Below the pieces are notes generated by a model that saw nothing but the letters and a program-made list of their open reading frames with translations, had not been told where the DNA came from and searched no databases. Position numbers and translations under genes: made by a program. From assembly GCA_038063895.1 (NCBI GenBank), contig JBBTUG010000012.1, positions 14,165 to 78,164 of the forward strand: a stretch of 64,000 bases of DNA, written 5' to 3'. This DNA is from Patescibacteria group bacterium. Lineage in GTDB: Bacteria > Patescibacteriota > WWE3 > JAMCXX01 > JBBTUG01. Shown here one piece after another: positions 37,893 through 47,754 of the stretch; position 1 is the first letter of the stretch; each line of letters opens with the position of its first letter.

Positions 37893-40106
37893 ATGACCGA
37901 AGACACTAATCATTCCCCAGTCTATTATTGTCCGATGCACCCAATAGTTCGGGAAACTAAACCCGGAACCTGTCCTGAGTGCGGGATGTATTTAGTTAAG
38001 GAAAAGCCCAAGGCAGAAAAAATAGTGACCGCAAAAGACGCGCTTTATACTTGCCCGATGGATCCGGAGATAATTCGGGAACAGCCGGGTAACTGCCCTA
38101 AGTGCGGGATGAAACTGGTTCCTCTTTCGGGCGGGCACGGTACCGGACATGAAAGTCACGCCTCCGCCGAATTTGATTTCCGACGGCGGTTTTTTATTAC
38201 TCTCCCGCTGGTTATTTTCACCATCCTTTTGTCGCCCAACATCCAAAAATGGTTCGGTTTTAACGTTCAGTTTCCCGGTATTGAATCTTTAACCTTCGCG
38301 GCCGGCACGCTTATTTTCTTCTACGGCGGTTTGCCCTTTTTCAAGGCGGGGAAAGGCGAGATTCTGGCTAAAAATCCAGGAATGATGACGTTAGTCGCTT
38401 TTGCCATTACGGTCGGCTACACCTTTTCGGTCGCCGCGACGTTTCTTTTCCCCGGCGAGTCACTGTACTGGGAAATCAGCACATTAATCTCCGTCTTTCT
38501 GCTCGGTCATTGGTTGGAAATGCGCTCAGTCAGGGGAGCGACCGGCGCTCTGGCGGAGTTAGCCAAACTAATTCCCCCTTCCGCCCACCTTCTTCGGGAC
38601 GACAAATCGGTTGACGTTCTCACGGAAACGCTAAAGATCGGCGATCTTATTTTGGTCAAACCCGGGGAAAAAATTCCTGTCGACGGAGTCGTCGTCAGCG
38701 GAGAAAGTTCGGTGAATGAAGCAATGGTCACCGGCGAGTCGCGGCCGGTCGTCAAAAAAATGAATGAGAAAGTTATCGGCGGCACGATTAACCAGGACGG
38801 TTCGTTAACGGTCAGGGTCGCGAAAATCGGGGCTGAGACGGCGATCGCCCAAATAATGAAACTCATCCGCGAGGCCCAAGCATCCAAACCCAATGTGCAA
38901 CTTCTGGCCGACAAGGCCGCTAACGTTCTCACTTTTGTCGCCATATTTGCCGGAGCCGGCTCTTTTTTATACTGGTTTACACTCTCGCCCCACGGGGCCG
39001 TCTTTGCCGCCACTCTAGCCGTTTCCGCCATTGTCGTCGCCTGTCCGCATGCCCTCGGCCTGGCCATCCCCGTCGTCACCACCATCACCTCCACGTTGGG
39101 AGCAAAAAATGGAATCCTCATTAAGGAAATGAAGGGGTTGGAGATTGCCCGGAAAATCGATTACGTTGTTTTCGATAAAACCGGCACGCTGACCCGCGGG
39201 CAGTTCGGTGTGGAAAAAATTATTCCCGCCGGGGCGGAATCCGTTTCCGAAGAAGAGCTGTTAACTCTCACCGGCGCGGTTGAAACTTTATCCCAACATT
39301 CAATCGCTCAGGGCATCGTGGAAGAAACAAAAAATCGGAGACTGACTCTTCCGGCGGTAACCGGCTTCAAGTCTTTTCCCGGGAAAGGGGCGGTTGGCAC
39401 TGTCAACGGGAAAAATATTGCGGCCGGAAACTTATCGCTTCTTAAAGAGCTGGGTGCGGTGGGCACGGAAAGCCTGGTAAAACTACAAGGAAAAACGGCG
39501 GTCTACGTCGCAGTTAACAACACTTTTCAGGGCATTATCTATTTGGCGGATATCATCCGCACGGAATCGAAAACCGCCGTGAAAAGGCTCCACCAAATGG
39601 GAATAAAGACGGCTATCCTGACCGGCGATACCCGGGATGTTGCGGAGGAAGTCGGACGGGAGCTGGGCGTCGATACCGTCTTTGCCCAGGTGTTACCTGA
39701 CGACAAAGTTAATAAGATCAAACAGCTGCAGCAGGAAGGGCATATCGTCGCCATGGTCGGCGACGGGGTTAACGACGCGCCGAGCCTCACGCAGGCCCAC
39801 GTCGGCATCGCCATCGGTGCCGGAACGGACGTCGCCGTTGAATCGGCGGATATCGTTCTAATGAAAAACAATCCTCTGGATGTGGTTAAGGCTATCAACC
39901 TTAGCCGAAAAACCAACGAGAAGATGGTGCAAAACCTGATTTGGGCGACCGGCTATAACGTCTTGGCCATTCCCACTGCCGCCGGTGTCTTTTATCCCGC
40001 CTTCGGCATCCTTCTCCGTCCCGAATGGGCCGCTCTTTTAATGAGCGCCTCCTCAATCATTGTTGTCTTCAACGCCTTACTCTTAAGGAAAACCAAATTA
40101 GAATAA
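37893..40106 (+). CDS. P1B-type heavy-metal (copper) translocating ATPase, CopB-like (CPH motif)
   Basis: Two N-terminal YxCPMHP...CPxCGM zinc-ribbon-like metal-binding domains are present. The membrane motif is CPH (VVACPHALGLAIP). The product has DKTGTLT, TGD and GDGVNDAP motifs. Confidence 0.9.
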   Translation: MTEDTNHSPVYYCPMHPIVRETKPGTCPECGMYLVKEKPKAEKIVTAKDALYTCPMDPEIIREQPGNCPKCGMKLVPLSGGHGTGHESHASAEFDFRRRFFITLPLVIFTILLSPNIQKWFGFNVQFPGIESLTFAAGTLIFFYGGLPFFKAGKGEILAKNPGMMTLVAFAITVGYTFSVAATFLFPGESLYWEISTLISVFLLGHWLEMRSVRGATGALAELAKLIPPSAHLLRDDKSVDVLTETLKIGDLILVKPGEKIPVDGVVVSGESSVNEAMVTGESRPVVKKMNEKVIGGTINQDGSLTVRVAKIGAETAIAQIMKLIREAQASKPNVQLLADKAANVLTFVAIFAGAGSFLYWFTLSPHGAVFAATLAVSAIVVACPHALGLAIPVVTTITSTLGAKNGILIKEMKGLEIARKIDYVVFDKTGTLTRGQFGVEKIIPAGAESVSEEELLTLTGAVETLSQHSIAQGIVEETKNRRLTLPAVTGFKSFPGKGAVGTVNGKNIAAGNLSLLKELGAVGTESLVKLQGKTAVYVAVNNTFQGIIYLADIIRTESKTAVKRLHQMGIKTAILTGDTRDVAEEVGRELGVDTVFAQVLPDDKVNKIKQLQQEGHIVAMVGDGVNDAPSLTQAHVGIAIGAGTDVAVESADIVLMKNNPLDVVKAINLSRKTNEKMVQNLIWATGYNVLAIPTAAGVFYPAFGILLRPEWAALLMSASSIIVVFNALLLRKTKLE

Positions 40107-40130
40107 ACGGGAGGGTGGTGAAATAGAAAG

Positions 40131-40349
40131 ATGATGCGATACCTTAACGACGACAGTTTCAATTGGATGATGGGCAACGGTTGGGGAATGATGGCCGGCT
40201 GGGGGATCCTCGGTTGGATCAGTCTTTTCCTTTATTGGACGTTGATGGTTTTGGGAATTATGGCCTTAATTAAATTCCTGACCGGTGACTGTCGAAAAAA
40301 AGATCACTGCTGCCGTAATCACAAAGAAGACCACCACAATCAATCTTAA
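40131..40349 (+). CDS. small membrane protein with Cys/His-rich tail (CRKKDHCCRNHKEDHH)
   Basis: The 72-aa ORF lies immediately after copB. Confidence 0.35.
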   Translation: MMRYLNDDSFNWMMGNGWGMMAGWGILGWISLFLYWTLMVLGIMALIKFLTGDCRKKDHCCRNHKEDHHNQS

Positions 40350-41794
40350 TTAAAGATCATTTCCTCAACGGGTTTAAGCCGGGCCAGACAAAGCTCTTTA
40401 CCCAAAATCTCCATCGATTCCCACAGCGGCGGACTAATTTTCTTGCCGGTAATGGCTAAACGGACCGCCATTAAAAAGTTCTTGCCGGGTAGGCTTTGTT
40501 TCTCAATAAAGGCGCGAACGCCGTCATTCATACTCTCTTTTGTCCATTGGCACTGAATGAGTTCGGCCTGCAAACCGGTCCAGCTGTCCTTATTGAAACT
40601 CACCAAGCCGGTAAAGTCGGCGGGGGTCAGGGAAACCGGACCAAAGAAAAAGTCAGTCCAACTCTCAAACTCTTTCAGAGTTTTTATCCGCTCTTTAATT
40701 AAGGGCAGAATCTTCAGCACCAGTTCGTGATGAGTTTCGAGCTTCGCGGTAAGGTTCTTATTATCCGTTTCTTTGGCAAAACGGACCAAGCGGCCGTAAA
40801 GGTCCGTGTTTGTCATTCCCCGTAGATACATTCCGTTGAGCCAATAAAGTTTCGGTAAATCAAAGATGGCCGCCGCTTTCCGTAAATCTTCCAGCCGGAA
40901 ATCCTTAATCATCTCCGCCAGGCTAAAAACCTCTTTTTCACCCCTAGGACTCCATTCTACAAGGGCGAGAAAGTTAACCACTGCTTCCGGCAAAAACCCC
41001 TCATCCCGGTACCAAAAGATGGAGGTGTGGCCCTGGCGTTTACTGATTTTGCTACCGCCGGGGTTTTTCAGCAGAGGCAAATGAATCCAAACCGGCTCGG
41101 ACCAACAAAGCATTTCGTAAAGGAGAACGTGTTTCGGGGCGGAGGGCAACCACTCTTCCCCGCGGAAAACGTGGGTAATTCCCATCAGGTGGTCGTCAAC
41201 AACTAGGGCCAGATGGTAGGTCGGAAAGCCGTCGGATTTTAATAAAACCTGGTCATCAATTTGAGCGCTCTCGAAGTTCACCGGGCCGCGCAAAAAGTCA
41301 TTCACCGTGATCGTCCGATTATCCGGCACCCGCAGACGGATTACGGACTGCTCTCCCCCCGCGACCCGCGCCGCCGCCGCTTCCGGAGAAATATTCGAAC
41401 ATAAGCGGTCGTAGCGCGGCGGGAGGTGATTTTTTTCCTGCTCAGTCCGAAGTTGCGTTAACCTCTCCGCAGAACAGAAACAGTAGTAAGCGTGGCCGGC
41501 TTCAACTAACTGCCGGGCATATTTAGTATAAAGAGCCAACCGCTCGGATTGGCGGTACGGACCCGATGAACCCGCTTTTTCCGGACTCTCGTCGGGGGCA
41601 AGCCCTAACCAGTCCAGCGATTCGTAAATAACCCGTTCTGAACCCGGCACAAAACGCTTAAGGTCAGTATCTTCAAGCCGCAAAAGGAACCTACCTTGAT
41701 TTTTTTTCGCCCAGACATAATCGAAAAGCGCCTGGTACGCCGTCCCGACGTGGGGAAAACCCGTCGGTGACGGAGCCACCCGTGTAATCACCAT
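40346..41794 (-). CDS. gltX: glutamate--tRNA ligase
   Basis: The product has a class I HIGH-type motif (PTGFPHVGTA) and a KMSKS-type motif (KISKRQG). Confidence 0.85.
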   Translation of the reverse strand: MVITRVAPSPTGFPHVGTAYQALFDYVWAKKNQGRFLLRLEDTDLKRFVPGSERVIYESLDWLGLAPDESPEKAGSSGPYRQSERLALYTKYARQLVEAGHAYYCFCSAERLTQLRTEQEKNHLPPRYDRLCSNISPEAAAARVAGGEQSVIRLRVPDNRTITVNDFLRGPVNFESAQIDDQVLLKSDGFPTYHLALVVDDHLMGITHVFRGEEWLPSAPKHVLLYEMLCWSEPVWIHLPLLKNPGGSKISKRQGHTSIFWYRDEGFLPEAVVNFLALVEWSPRGEKEVFSLAEMIKDFRLEDLRKAAAIFDLPKLYWLNGMYLRGMTNTDLYGRLVRFAKETDNKNLTAKLETHHELVLKILPLIKERIKTLKEFESWTDFFFGPVSLTPADFTGLVSFNKDSWTGLQAELIQCQWTKESMNDGVRAFIEKQSLPGKNFLMAVRLAITGKKISPPLWESMEILGKELCLARLKPVEEMIFN

Positions 41795-41841
41795 TATGTC
41801 TTCATCTTATCATCTACAATGCTATACTGAAATGGAGTACT

Positions 41842-42948
41842 ATGGCCTCGCTAACAGAAACTGCTCATCTTCTCCGGAGAGGATTAATTTTTAGCGTCCT
41901 TCTCATCCTCGCTTATTTCGTGATTAGTTTCGGTTCGGGGCTAATTTCCGGGCTGGTTTCCCCAGGCGGCGGCAAGCAGATAATTAAAGCGGAAGTGCGT
42001 TTTGGCAAACTCCCCTTCCTGCATCTTGGAGGGAAACAGGCCACCCCGAAAAGCGAAGCAACGGCCTACGTTTTAGAAACCGTTACCGGGAACTTCCCTC
42101 AAACCCCGTCAATGCTGCCGGTTTTTCCTCTTCAGGAACAACCGGTGGATATTCTCGCCAGCGACGAGGCTATTAACTTGGCCTTGAATCTCGGGTTTCC
42201 TAATGATCCTAAAGTCCTTTCACCAACTGAGTATCTTTGGGAAATGTCCGAGCAGACACTGCGGATGAATATCCTGACAAAGAATTACGCGGTTAACCCT
42301 AAATACGAAGTAATCTTCCCGAAAGGAAAACTCACGGACGCCACCGCGATAATGAACAACGCCAAGGTGGCCATCGGGACCGGCCGGGGTCTGGACACCA
42401 GTTTCACCGATAATCTTATCTCAATCTCCCTTTTACGCCGCGAAGGCACCGAGCTGAAGCTAGCCCCCAGCCCGCTAGAAGCGGAAGTCGCCCGCGTGGA
42501 CTTTTTCCGGAGTGTGGAGGTAGATAAGCAGGAATATCGGTTACTCACCGGACACCCGCAGGAGGCGTTAGTCTATCTGCTCCTCGGCGGGGGGAAAGGG
42601 CAGCCATTTCTGAAAAACTATGTCACCTGGAACTACGATTTCAAACGGGGCGCCACCTACCCTCTGCGGACGCTCAGTAATGCCTGGGAAGAAATTAAGT
42701 CCGGACTGGGAACAATAACGCTTCTTCTCGGAAAGAACGGTAATTATATCAAGACGGTGAATTTGCCGGAAATAAAATCTATTACTATCCGCCAAATTGA
42801 AATTTCCTACTTCGATGAAGAGATAATGCAAAACTTTCTCCAGCCGGTTTACGTTTTTTCCGGTCAGGCTGACTTAACCAACAATGAGCGGGTGGAAATT
42901 ACTATCTACGCCCCGGCGGTTGATCCGGATTGGATAGTCAAACAATAA
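41842..42948 (+). CDS. hypothetical membrane-anchored protein (368 aa)
   Basis: The ORF-track entry has one N-terminal TM segment. Confidence 0.4.
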   Translation: MASLTETAHLLRRGLIFSVLLILAYFVISFGSGLISGLVSPGGGKQIIKAEVRFGKLPFLHLGGKQATPKSEATAYVLETVTGNFPQTPSMLPVFPLQEQPVDILASDEAINLALNLGFPNDPKVLSPTEYLWEMSEQTLRMNILTKNYAVNPKYEVIFPKGKLTDATAIMNNAKVAIGTGRGLDTSFTDNLISISLLRREGTELKLAPSPLEAEVARVDFFRSVEVDKQEYRLLTGHPQEALVYLLLGGGKGQPFLKNYVTWNYDFKRGATYPLRTLSNAWEEIKSGLGTITLLLGKNGNYIKTVNLPEIKSITIRQIEISYFDEEIMQNFLQPVYVFSGQADLTNNERVEITIYAPAVDPDWIVKQ

Positions 42949-42956
42949 AGTAACCT

Positions 42957-44060
42957 TTACCGCCAGCGGTAGACGGAATATATCCACTCCAGAACAGTTT
43001 TCGTCTCCCCAAAACGGTCGCCGCTGCCAAGAATTATCCCAACAATTTCGTGTCCGCCACGATTAAACAGGGAAATGAAACAGCCTCCCGCCCGCAAGGT
43101 ATAGCCGGTTTTAATCCCGCTAATTCCCGAATAGGACTTCAGCAGGTCGTTGGTGCTGACGAGCTTGTGGGAAAGTCTCCCGTCGGTGGAAGTTAATAAA
43201 ACCTCTGGCAGGGAAACCACTTGCCGTAAAAATTCATCTTTTAAAAAAGCTTTCGCTAAGATCAGCAGATCCGCCGCCGTACTGTAGTGCTGGTCGTCAG
43301 ACGTTTCGTCCAGCCCAATTGGATTGGCAAATTTTGTCTCCTTCATCCCTAAACTTTCCGCCTTCATATTCATCCCGGCCACAAAATCAGTTACGGTTGT
43401 TTTGTGGGTTGAGAGCGCGCAGGCCGCGTCGGAAGCGGAAAAAACCAACAGACCGGTGAGAAGACTTCTGGCGCTCAGTGTTTCACCGGCGATCAGTCCG
43501 ATTTTCTGGCTGTCGGGTAAAACCAAGCACTCCGGCGGAACGATAATTTCCTCGTCCAAAGGGTAGCTCTCGACCGCGACCAGAGCCGTCATCATTTTCG
43601 TCAAAGACGCCGGCGGCAATTTTCTAAGCGGGTTTATTTCAAAAAGTGTCGCGCCGCTTTGGAGGTCGAAAAACAACGCGGCCTTAGCGGTCAGAGTGGG
43701 AAGGTCGGGGCTGTCAGGAATCCGTTCTGGATTTCTTGATAGCGGCGCCTCGGCGAGGGTTTTAAAAGTACTAGTGCCTTTAACCACTCCGGGCTCAACC
43801 TCAGGCACAGAGGGTAACGAAGCGTTATCAACTTTACTCTCCGCTAACTGACTGAAACGGCTCTCTTTTTCGCCTTTTAGCAAAGACGAAGAGGAAGCAA
43901 CTGGGGAAGAGCTAACAATCAGAACTGCCAAAACAAAACTAGGAACAATCCTTCGCCAGGGAAAGCTGTTTAAAGGATAGGCCTGCCGGATTTTTAGAAG
44001 ACCGACTTTCAATTGGCGGTATTTTTTACGGATGGAGTATTCAACGTCCTGGGCGAGCAT
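42957..44060 (-). CDS. D-alanyl-D-alanine carboxypeptidase (serine-type, PBP5-like)
   Basis: The product has SxxK (ASLTKMMT), SxN and KTG (GIKTGYT) motifs. The start was chosen at MLAQDVEY (44060) to avoid the upstream overlap. Confidence 0.65.
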   Translation of the reverse strand: MLAQDVEYSIRKKYRQLKVGLLKIRQAYPLNSFPWRRIVPSFVLAVLIVSSSPVASSSSLLKGEKESRFSQLAESKVDNASLPSVPEVEPGVVKGTSTFKTLAEAPLSRNPERIPDSPDLPTLTAKAALFFDLQSGATLFEINPLRKLPPASLTKMMTALVAVESYPLDEEIIVPPECLVLPDSQKIGLIAGETLSARSLLTGLLVFSASDAACALSTHKTTVTDFVAGMNMKAESLGMKETKFANPIGLDETSDDQHYSTAADLLILAKAFLKDEFLRQVVSLPEVLLTSTDGRLSHKLVSTNDLLKSYSGISGIKTGYTLRAGGCFISLFNRGGHEIVGIILGSGDRFGETKTVLEWIYSVYRWR

Positions 44061-44067
44061 TAGTTCT

Positions 44068-45423
44068 TTAAGAAGGTGTCGGGCCCTCAATAACCGGTCC
44101 GAGGCGGAAATCAATGCGTTCCATATCGCGGGGAAAAAGAGAGGCTTCCCGGACATTGGTCAGATTTAAGAACTGCTTGGTCAGCCGTTCCAGACCGAAA
44201 GAAAACCCCCCCTCCGGAGGCATTCCATATTTAAAAGCCATTAAGTACATTTCATAATTTTTCGGGTCCATTCCGTGCTCGGCAATAGCGGCCACCAGCT
44301 GATTGTAGTCGTTTATCCGTTGCGAACCGCTGAGAATCTCCAAACCTCGGAATAAAAGGTCAAAGCTCAGACTGAATTCGGGCTCCTCGGGATCCGGCCG
44401 GGTATAAAACGCGCGTTTCTTTGTCGGATAGTGGGTCACGGTGACAAAATCGCTTTCATATTTTTGCCTCGCCCAAGAACAGATATCAACCTCGTCCTGC
44501 GGACTTAAATCTTTTTCGCCCCTGACGTCCCGTCCGAACTCTTTGAAAATAATTTCCTGAACTTCGTGCATTTTAAACCGGGGAATTTTCCCGTAAAAGG
44601 CTTTTGGAACTTTAAACATTTCTAAAATGGCGGCATCTTTCGCTTCGACCGCTTTCAGCATCGAGGTTCCGACGGTTTCCAGGTAATCCAAAAGGGTCGT
44701 AAAATCTACGAAGCCGAATTCACAATCCATCTGGGTGGCTTCCGTCAGGTGGCGGGTGGTGACTGACGGCTCCGCCCGGTAGGCTTTCGCGACTGTATAA
44801 ACCCGCTCGAAAACCGGTACCACCATCTGCTTATAAAGCTGGGGGCTCTGGGTTAAAAAGGCTTTGTGGCCGAAATAGTCAACGAAAAATACTTCCGCGC
44901 CGCCCTCAGTGGCCGAGGCCGAAATTGTCGGCACAACAACTTCGGTGCACTCCAATTGTTGAGCGGCCTTTCTAAACGCATCTAAGATTGTCTCTTGGAC
45001 TTTAAAAATCGGCGCGACGGAAGCGTGGCGGAGAGTCAGACAGCGGTGGTCTAGAAGGGTCGGCAGTTCGAGGTTCAGCTCGGCACTACCCATATCAAAA
45101 GGCAAACTTTCGGCAACCGTTAAGATCTTTACCATTTCCGCTTTGACTTCAACCTTACCGGTCGGTAGGTTAGAGTTGACGGCTTTCGCTCAGCGCTCCA
45201 CAACGATGCCGGTAATCTCCACAGCATACTCCGCCCGCAGTTCCTCAACTTCCGGTTGTTTCGAGAGCGGATCGGTAAAAACTGCCTGAATGATTCCGGA
45301 CCGATCCCGTAAATCGATAAAAACAATTTTTCCGTGGTCGCGCCGCCGGTTAACCCAGCCGTTAAGCCTTACTTTCTCACCGATTTTTGTTGTTGCCGCT
45401 GCAGCTAAAGTCCTTTCCATCAT
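44068..45423 (-). CDS. asparagine/aspartate--tRNA ligase (AsnRS / archaeal-type AspRS family) interrupted by an in-frame TGA at 45190-45192
   Basis: An N-terminal OB anticodon-binding domain (45423-45193) and a class II catalytic core (45135-44068, motif 3 [15 protein letters not shown]) lie in the same frame. They are separated only by TGA plus 18 codons ([18 protein letters not shown]). Confidence 0.7.
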
Positions 45424-45464
45424 AAAAACACTAACAGATCCCTCGTCGCTGACTCCTCGGGATT

Positions 45465-45488
45465 AACCTGCCTGCCGGCAGGCAGGTT
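45465..45488. repeat. perfect 24-bp palindrome AACCTGCCTGCCGGCAGGCAGGTT in the aaRS leader
   Basis: The sequence is read directly. Confidence 0.7.
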
Positions 45489-45548
45489 CGGCTACCGTCC
45501 CGCTACGGCGGGGCGAGCCTCATTGAATATGCTATAATAATAAGTGAG

Positions 45549-45567
45549 CCCCTGAAAGGGGTTTTTT
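45549..45567. terminator. short GC hairpin (CCCCU-GAA-AGGGG) with T6 on plus and A/T-rich flank on minus; bidirectional terminator-like
   Basis: The element lies 20 nt downstream of the minus-strand gene ending at 45587. Confidence 0.45.
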
Positions 45568-45586
45568 ATTTACGGAATGAGTTTGG

Positions 45587-47683
45587 CTATCGCACAGCGG
45601 GCGTGCACATCTCTCCATCTGCAACAATACCATTAATATTGCTCTGAGCGGCACTTTTGAGGCACCGTAACATAGGATAATAAGAAGATAGCCACTCGTC
45701 GGGAGTAGAATCGGTCAGAAGATAATCGTAGAATAAAGTGAGATTTCGGTACACGTTTGGGAAGCGTGAGTTTGACTTAACGAGATCGCTACCCTCCCAG
45801 CGCCATACGTCTTTCCAGATTGTCCAGGAACGGGGCCCGGAACCGGTGGCATCCAGAGAGTAGGAGTAAATAATTTCTTTTATTCCGTCATCATTTAGGT
45901 CAGTCAATTGGGCGTGGCTGACTCCATTTATAAGTTTAAGCAATAATTTAAAGGATTCATTTTCCTGTGTATATAGATAAAAGGGATGAAACAGTCCCGT
46001 TCCGGAGACGAGATACTCAACCGCCACCTCCTTTTTTTGGTCACCGTTAAAATCTCCAACTTCCACCCATTGAACGTACTCCCCAGGTCCCTTAACTTCT
46101 CCACCAACCTCTTTTATTTCGTTATCTTCTAAAAAGTATTTAATCCTCCCCGAGTTATCAATAACGCTTAAACCTACGGCAGAATAAGGCACGTGTTTAA
46201 CGAAAGCGAGACGGTTTTCGCTATCCAATCTAGCGGTCTCGTTGATCTCATAAGCGGGGGCGGCTTTTGTAGATTCGCTAAGTACCAGTTCCGCCGTTTG
46301 TTTCACGTTGCTACCCTTAAAACTACCTCTCATGGCGGCCGATAAAATAGGAAAGGCTGAAAATATAGCGAGGAGTAATAAGAGAGACCAAAGTTTATAT
46401 CCGCTGGAGTCGGCACCATCCCGATAAACTTTGTAAACCTTTCTCTGGTAATCAGAATCGCCGCCGCCGTTGTAATCAGCGACGGCCTGTTCCCAAGACT
46501 TCCAAAATCTACCCCCGTTTTCCTTTATTCCCTGAGCTTTATGATAGAGCCAACGGACGCCCCAGCGAAGGCTCTCAACCGGCTCGTCGACCTTCGCATC
46601 TTTATATTCTAATACCGTTGTTTGACCATTAACCCACTCAAACTCCCTGGCGATTTTACCGGTATTCGGATCCGTCCAACCGTCATTTTTTAGCGTATGA
46701 ATCGCGGGGTTATTCTTATCCGCCACCTGCAGTACATCCGGGTAGGCCGGCTGTCCGGTTGGCGAAGTGCCAAAGCCCAGGCGACTTTCGATATAGGCAA
46801 CCGCTTTAATCAGATTGGGGTCCAGGGGAAGGGGCGGCGGATCCTCTTGGTCAAGGAACTGTCGATTCCAATTATTGACCACTTCAAAAATTTCACCGTC
46901 AAAACGGTTGTAATTTTCGCCTCGGACACCATTCTTGTATTGCTTGATAATTTTACTATCGGAAGTCTTTAATTCTAATCCCAGAGAGTTGATTGTCGGC
47001 GACTCGTCCGCCCAAAACTCCAGGTAATGAAGTCCTCCCGGGGAAAGGGCCTCACTAAATGTCTTCTCGGCGTTCCCCTTCCCGAAAAGAGTCTTTAAAA
47101 CACTTGAAGCAAAAATCCAGTTCTTGTGGAGGAGAGATAAATTGTTCTTTTTAATCTCGCCATCGACCACAACTTTTAAGTCATCACCATCGGGAAACCG
47201 CCATTTAAATGAGGCGCTGACTTTAAACGAAACTAAACCGACGTCGACCAAAACCACCGTAAGCCAGGGACGGGCTCCCGCCTTTTCCGCTGTTTCATTG
47301 AGATCAATAATTAAATTAGGAAAAGATTCGATTCTCTTTATTTCGGCTATTTCGACAAAGGCGCTATGATCAGGAATAAAGGAAAGGGTGTGAGCTCCTT
47401 CCTCGAGGAAAAGCACAAAAGAGATGGTCTGACGAGCGTTGTGCAGTTTCCCACCGGAAAAAGCGGCCGGAGAATCAAAAAAACGTTGGGGATTTTTCAG
47501 CTGAGGAAACGGTCTTTGATCTATCTTAAGCCGTAAATCTTCATCATCAGTTTCGTTTTGACCACGCTGTTTTTCACTTTTAACCCGGGCCGAAACGGAA
47601 AGGAGGTACCAGCCGGACGCGGTAATATTAAACCCCACGACAAAGATCTCATCTAATCTGACCGATTTTAGAGGCAGACTCAC
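45587..47683 (-). CDS. large hypothetical protein with SLT-like lytic transglycosylase core and central TM helix
   Basis: The 698-aa product contains AVAYIESRLGFG ... AVADYNGGGDSDYQRKV (ES catalytic and AYNaG-like motifs) and a TM segment (LWSLLLLLAIFSAFPILSAA), with ~240-aa flanking domains. Confidence 0.45.
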   Translation of the reverse strand: MSLPLKSVRLDEIFVVGFNITASGWYLLSVSARVKSEKQRGQNETDDEDLRLKIDQRPFPQLKNPQRFFDSPAAFSGGKLHNARQTISFVLFLEEGAHTLSFIPDHSAFVEIAEIKRIESFPNLIIDLNETAEKAGARPWLTVVLVDVGLVSFKVSASFKWRFPDGDDLKVVVDGEIKKNNLSLLHKNWIFASSVLKTLFGKGNAEKTFSEALSPGGLHYLEFWADESPTINSLGLELKTSDSKIIKQYKNGVRGENYNRFDGEIFEVVNNWNRQFLDQEDPPPLPLDPNLIKAVAYIESRLGFGTSPTGQPAYPDVLQVADKNNPAIHTLKNDGWTDPNTGKIAREFEWVNGQTTVLEYKDAKVDEPVESLRWGVRWLYHKAQGIKENGGRFWKSWEQAVADYNGGGDSDYQRKVYKVYRDGADSSGYKLWSLLLLLAIFSAFPILSAAMRGSFKGSNVKQTAELVLSESTKAAPAYEINETARLDSENRLAFVKHVPYSAVGLSVIDNSGRIKYFLEDNEIKEVGGEVKGPGEYVQWVEVGDFNGDQKKEVAVEYLVSGTGLFHPFYLYTQENESFKLLLKLINGVSHAQLTDLNDDGIKEIIYSYSLDATGSGPRSWTIWKDVWRWEGSDLVKSNSRFPNVYRNLTLFYDYLLTDSTPDEWLSSYYPMLRCLKSAAQSNINGIVADGEMCTPAVR

Positions 47684-47754
47684 CTTACTATTATAAGACC
47701 TTGCTGAAAATGTAACAAGAGAAGTCGGCTCACACCTTTATAAGGTAAGGGGTT

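Noticed and set aside
38507-39916. Minus-strand ORFs 38507-39121 and 39539-39916
   Set aside because: They are antisense to the CopB ATPase gene, have a low-complexity Ala/Thr/Ser composition and are GC-skew artefacts.
45424-45586. T-box upstream of the Asn/Asp-tRNA ligase
   Set aside because: No GGGTGGNACCGCG-like sequence is present. The structured leader is reported separately as a different element.
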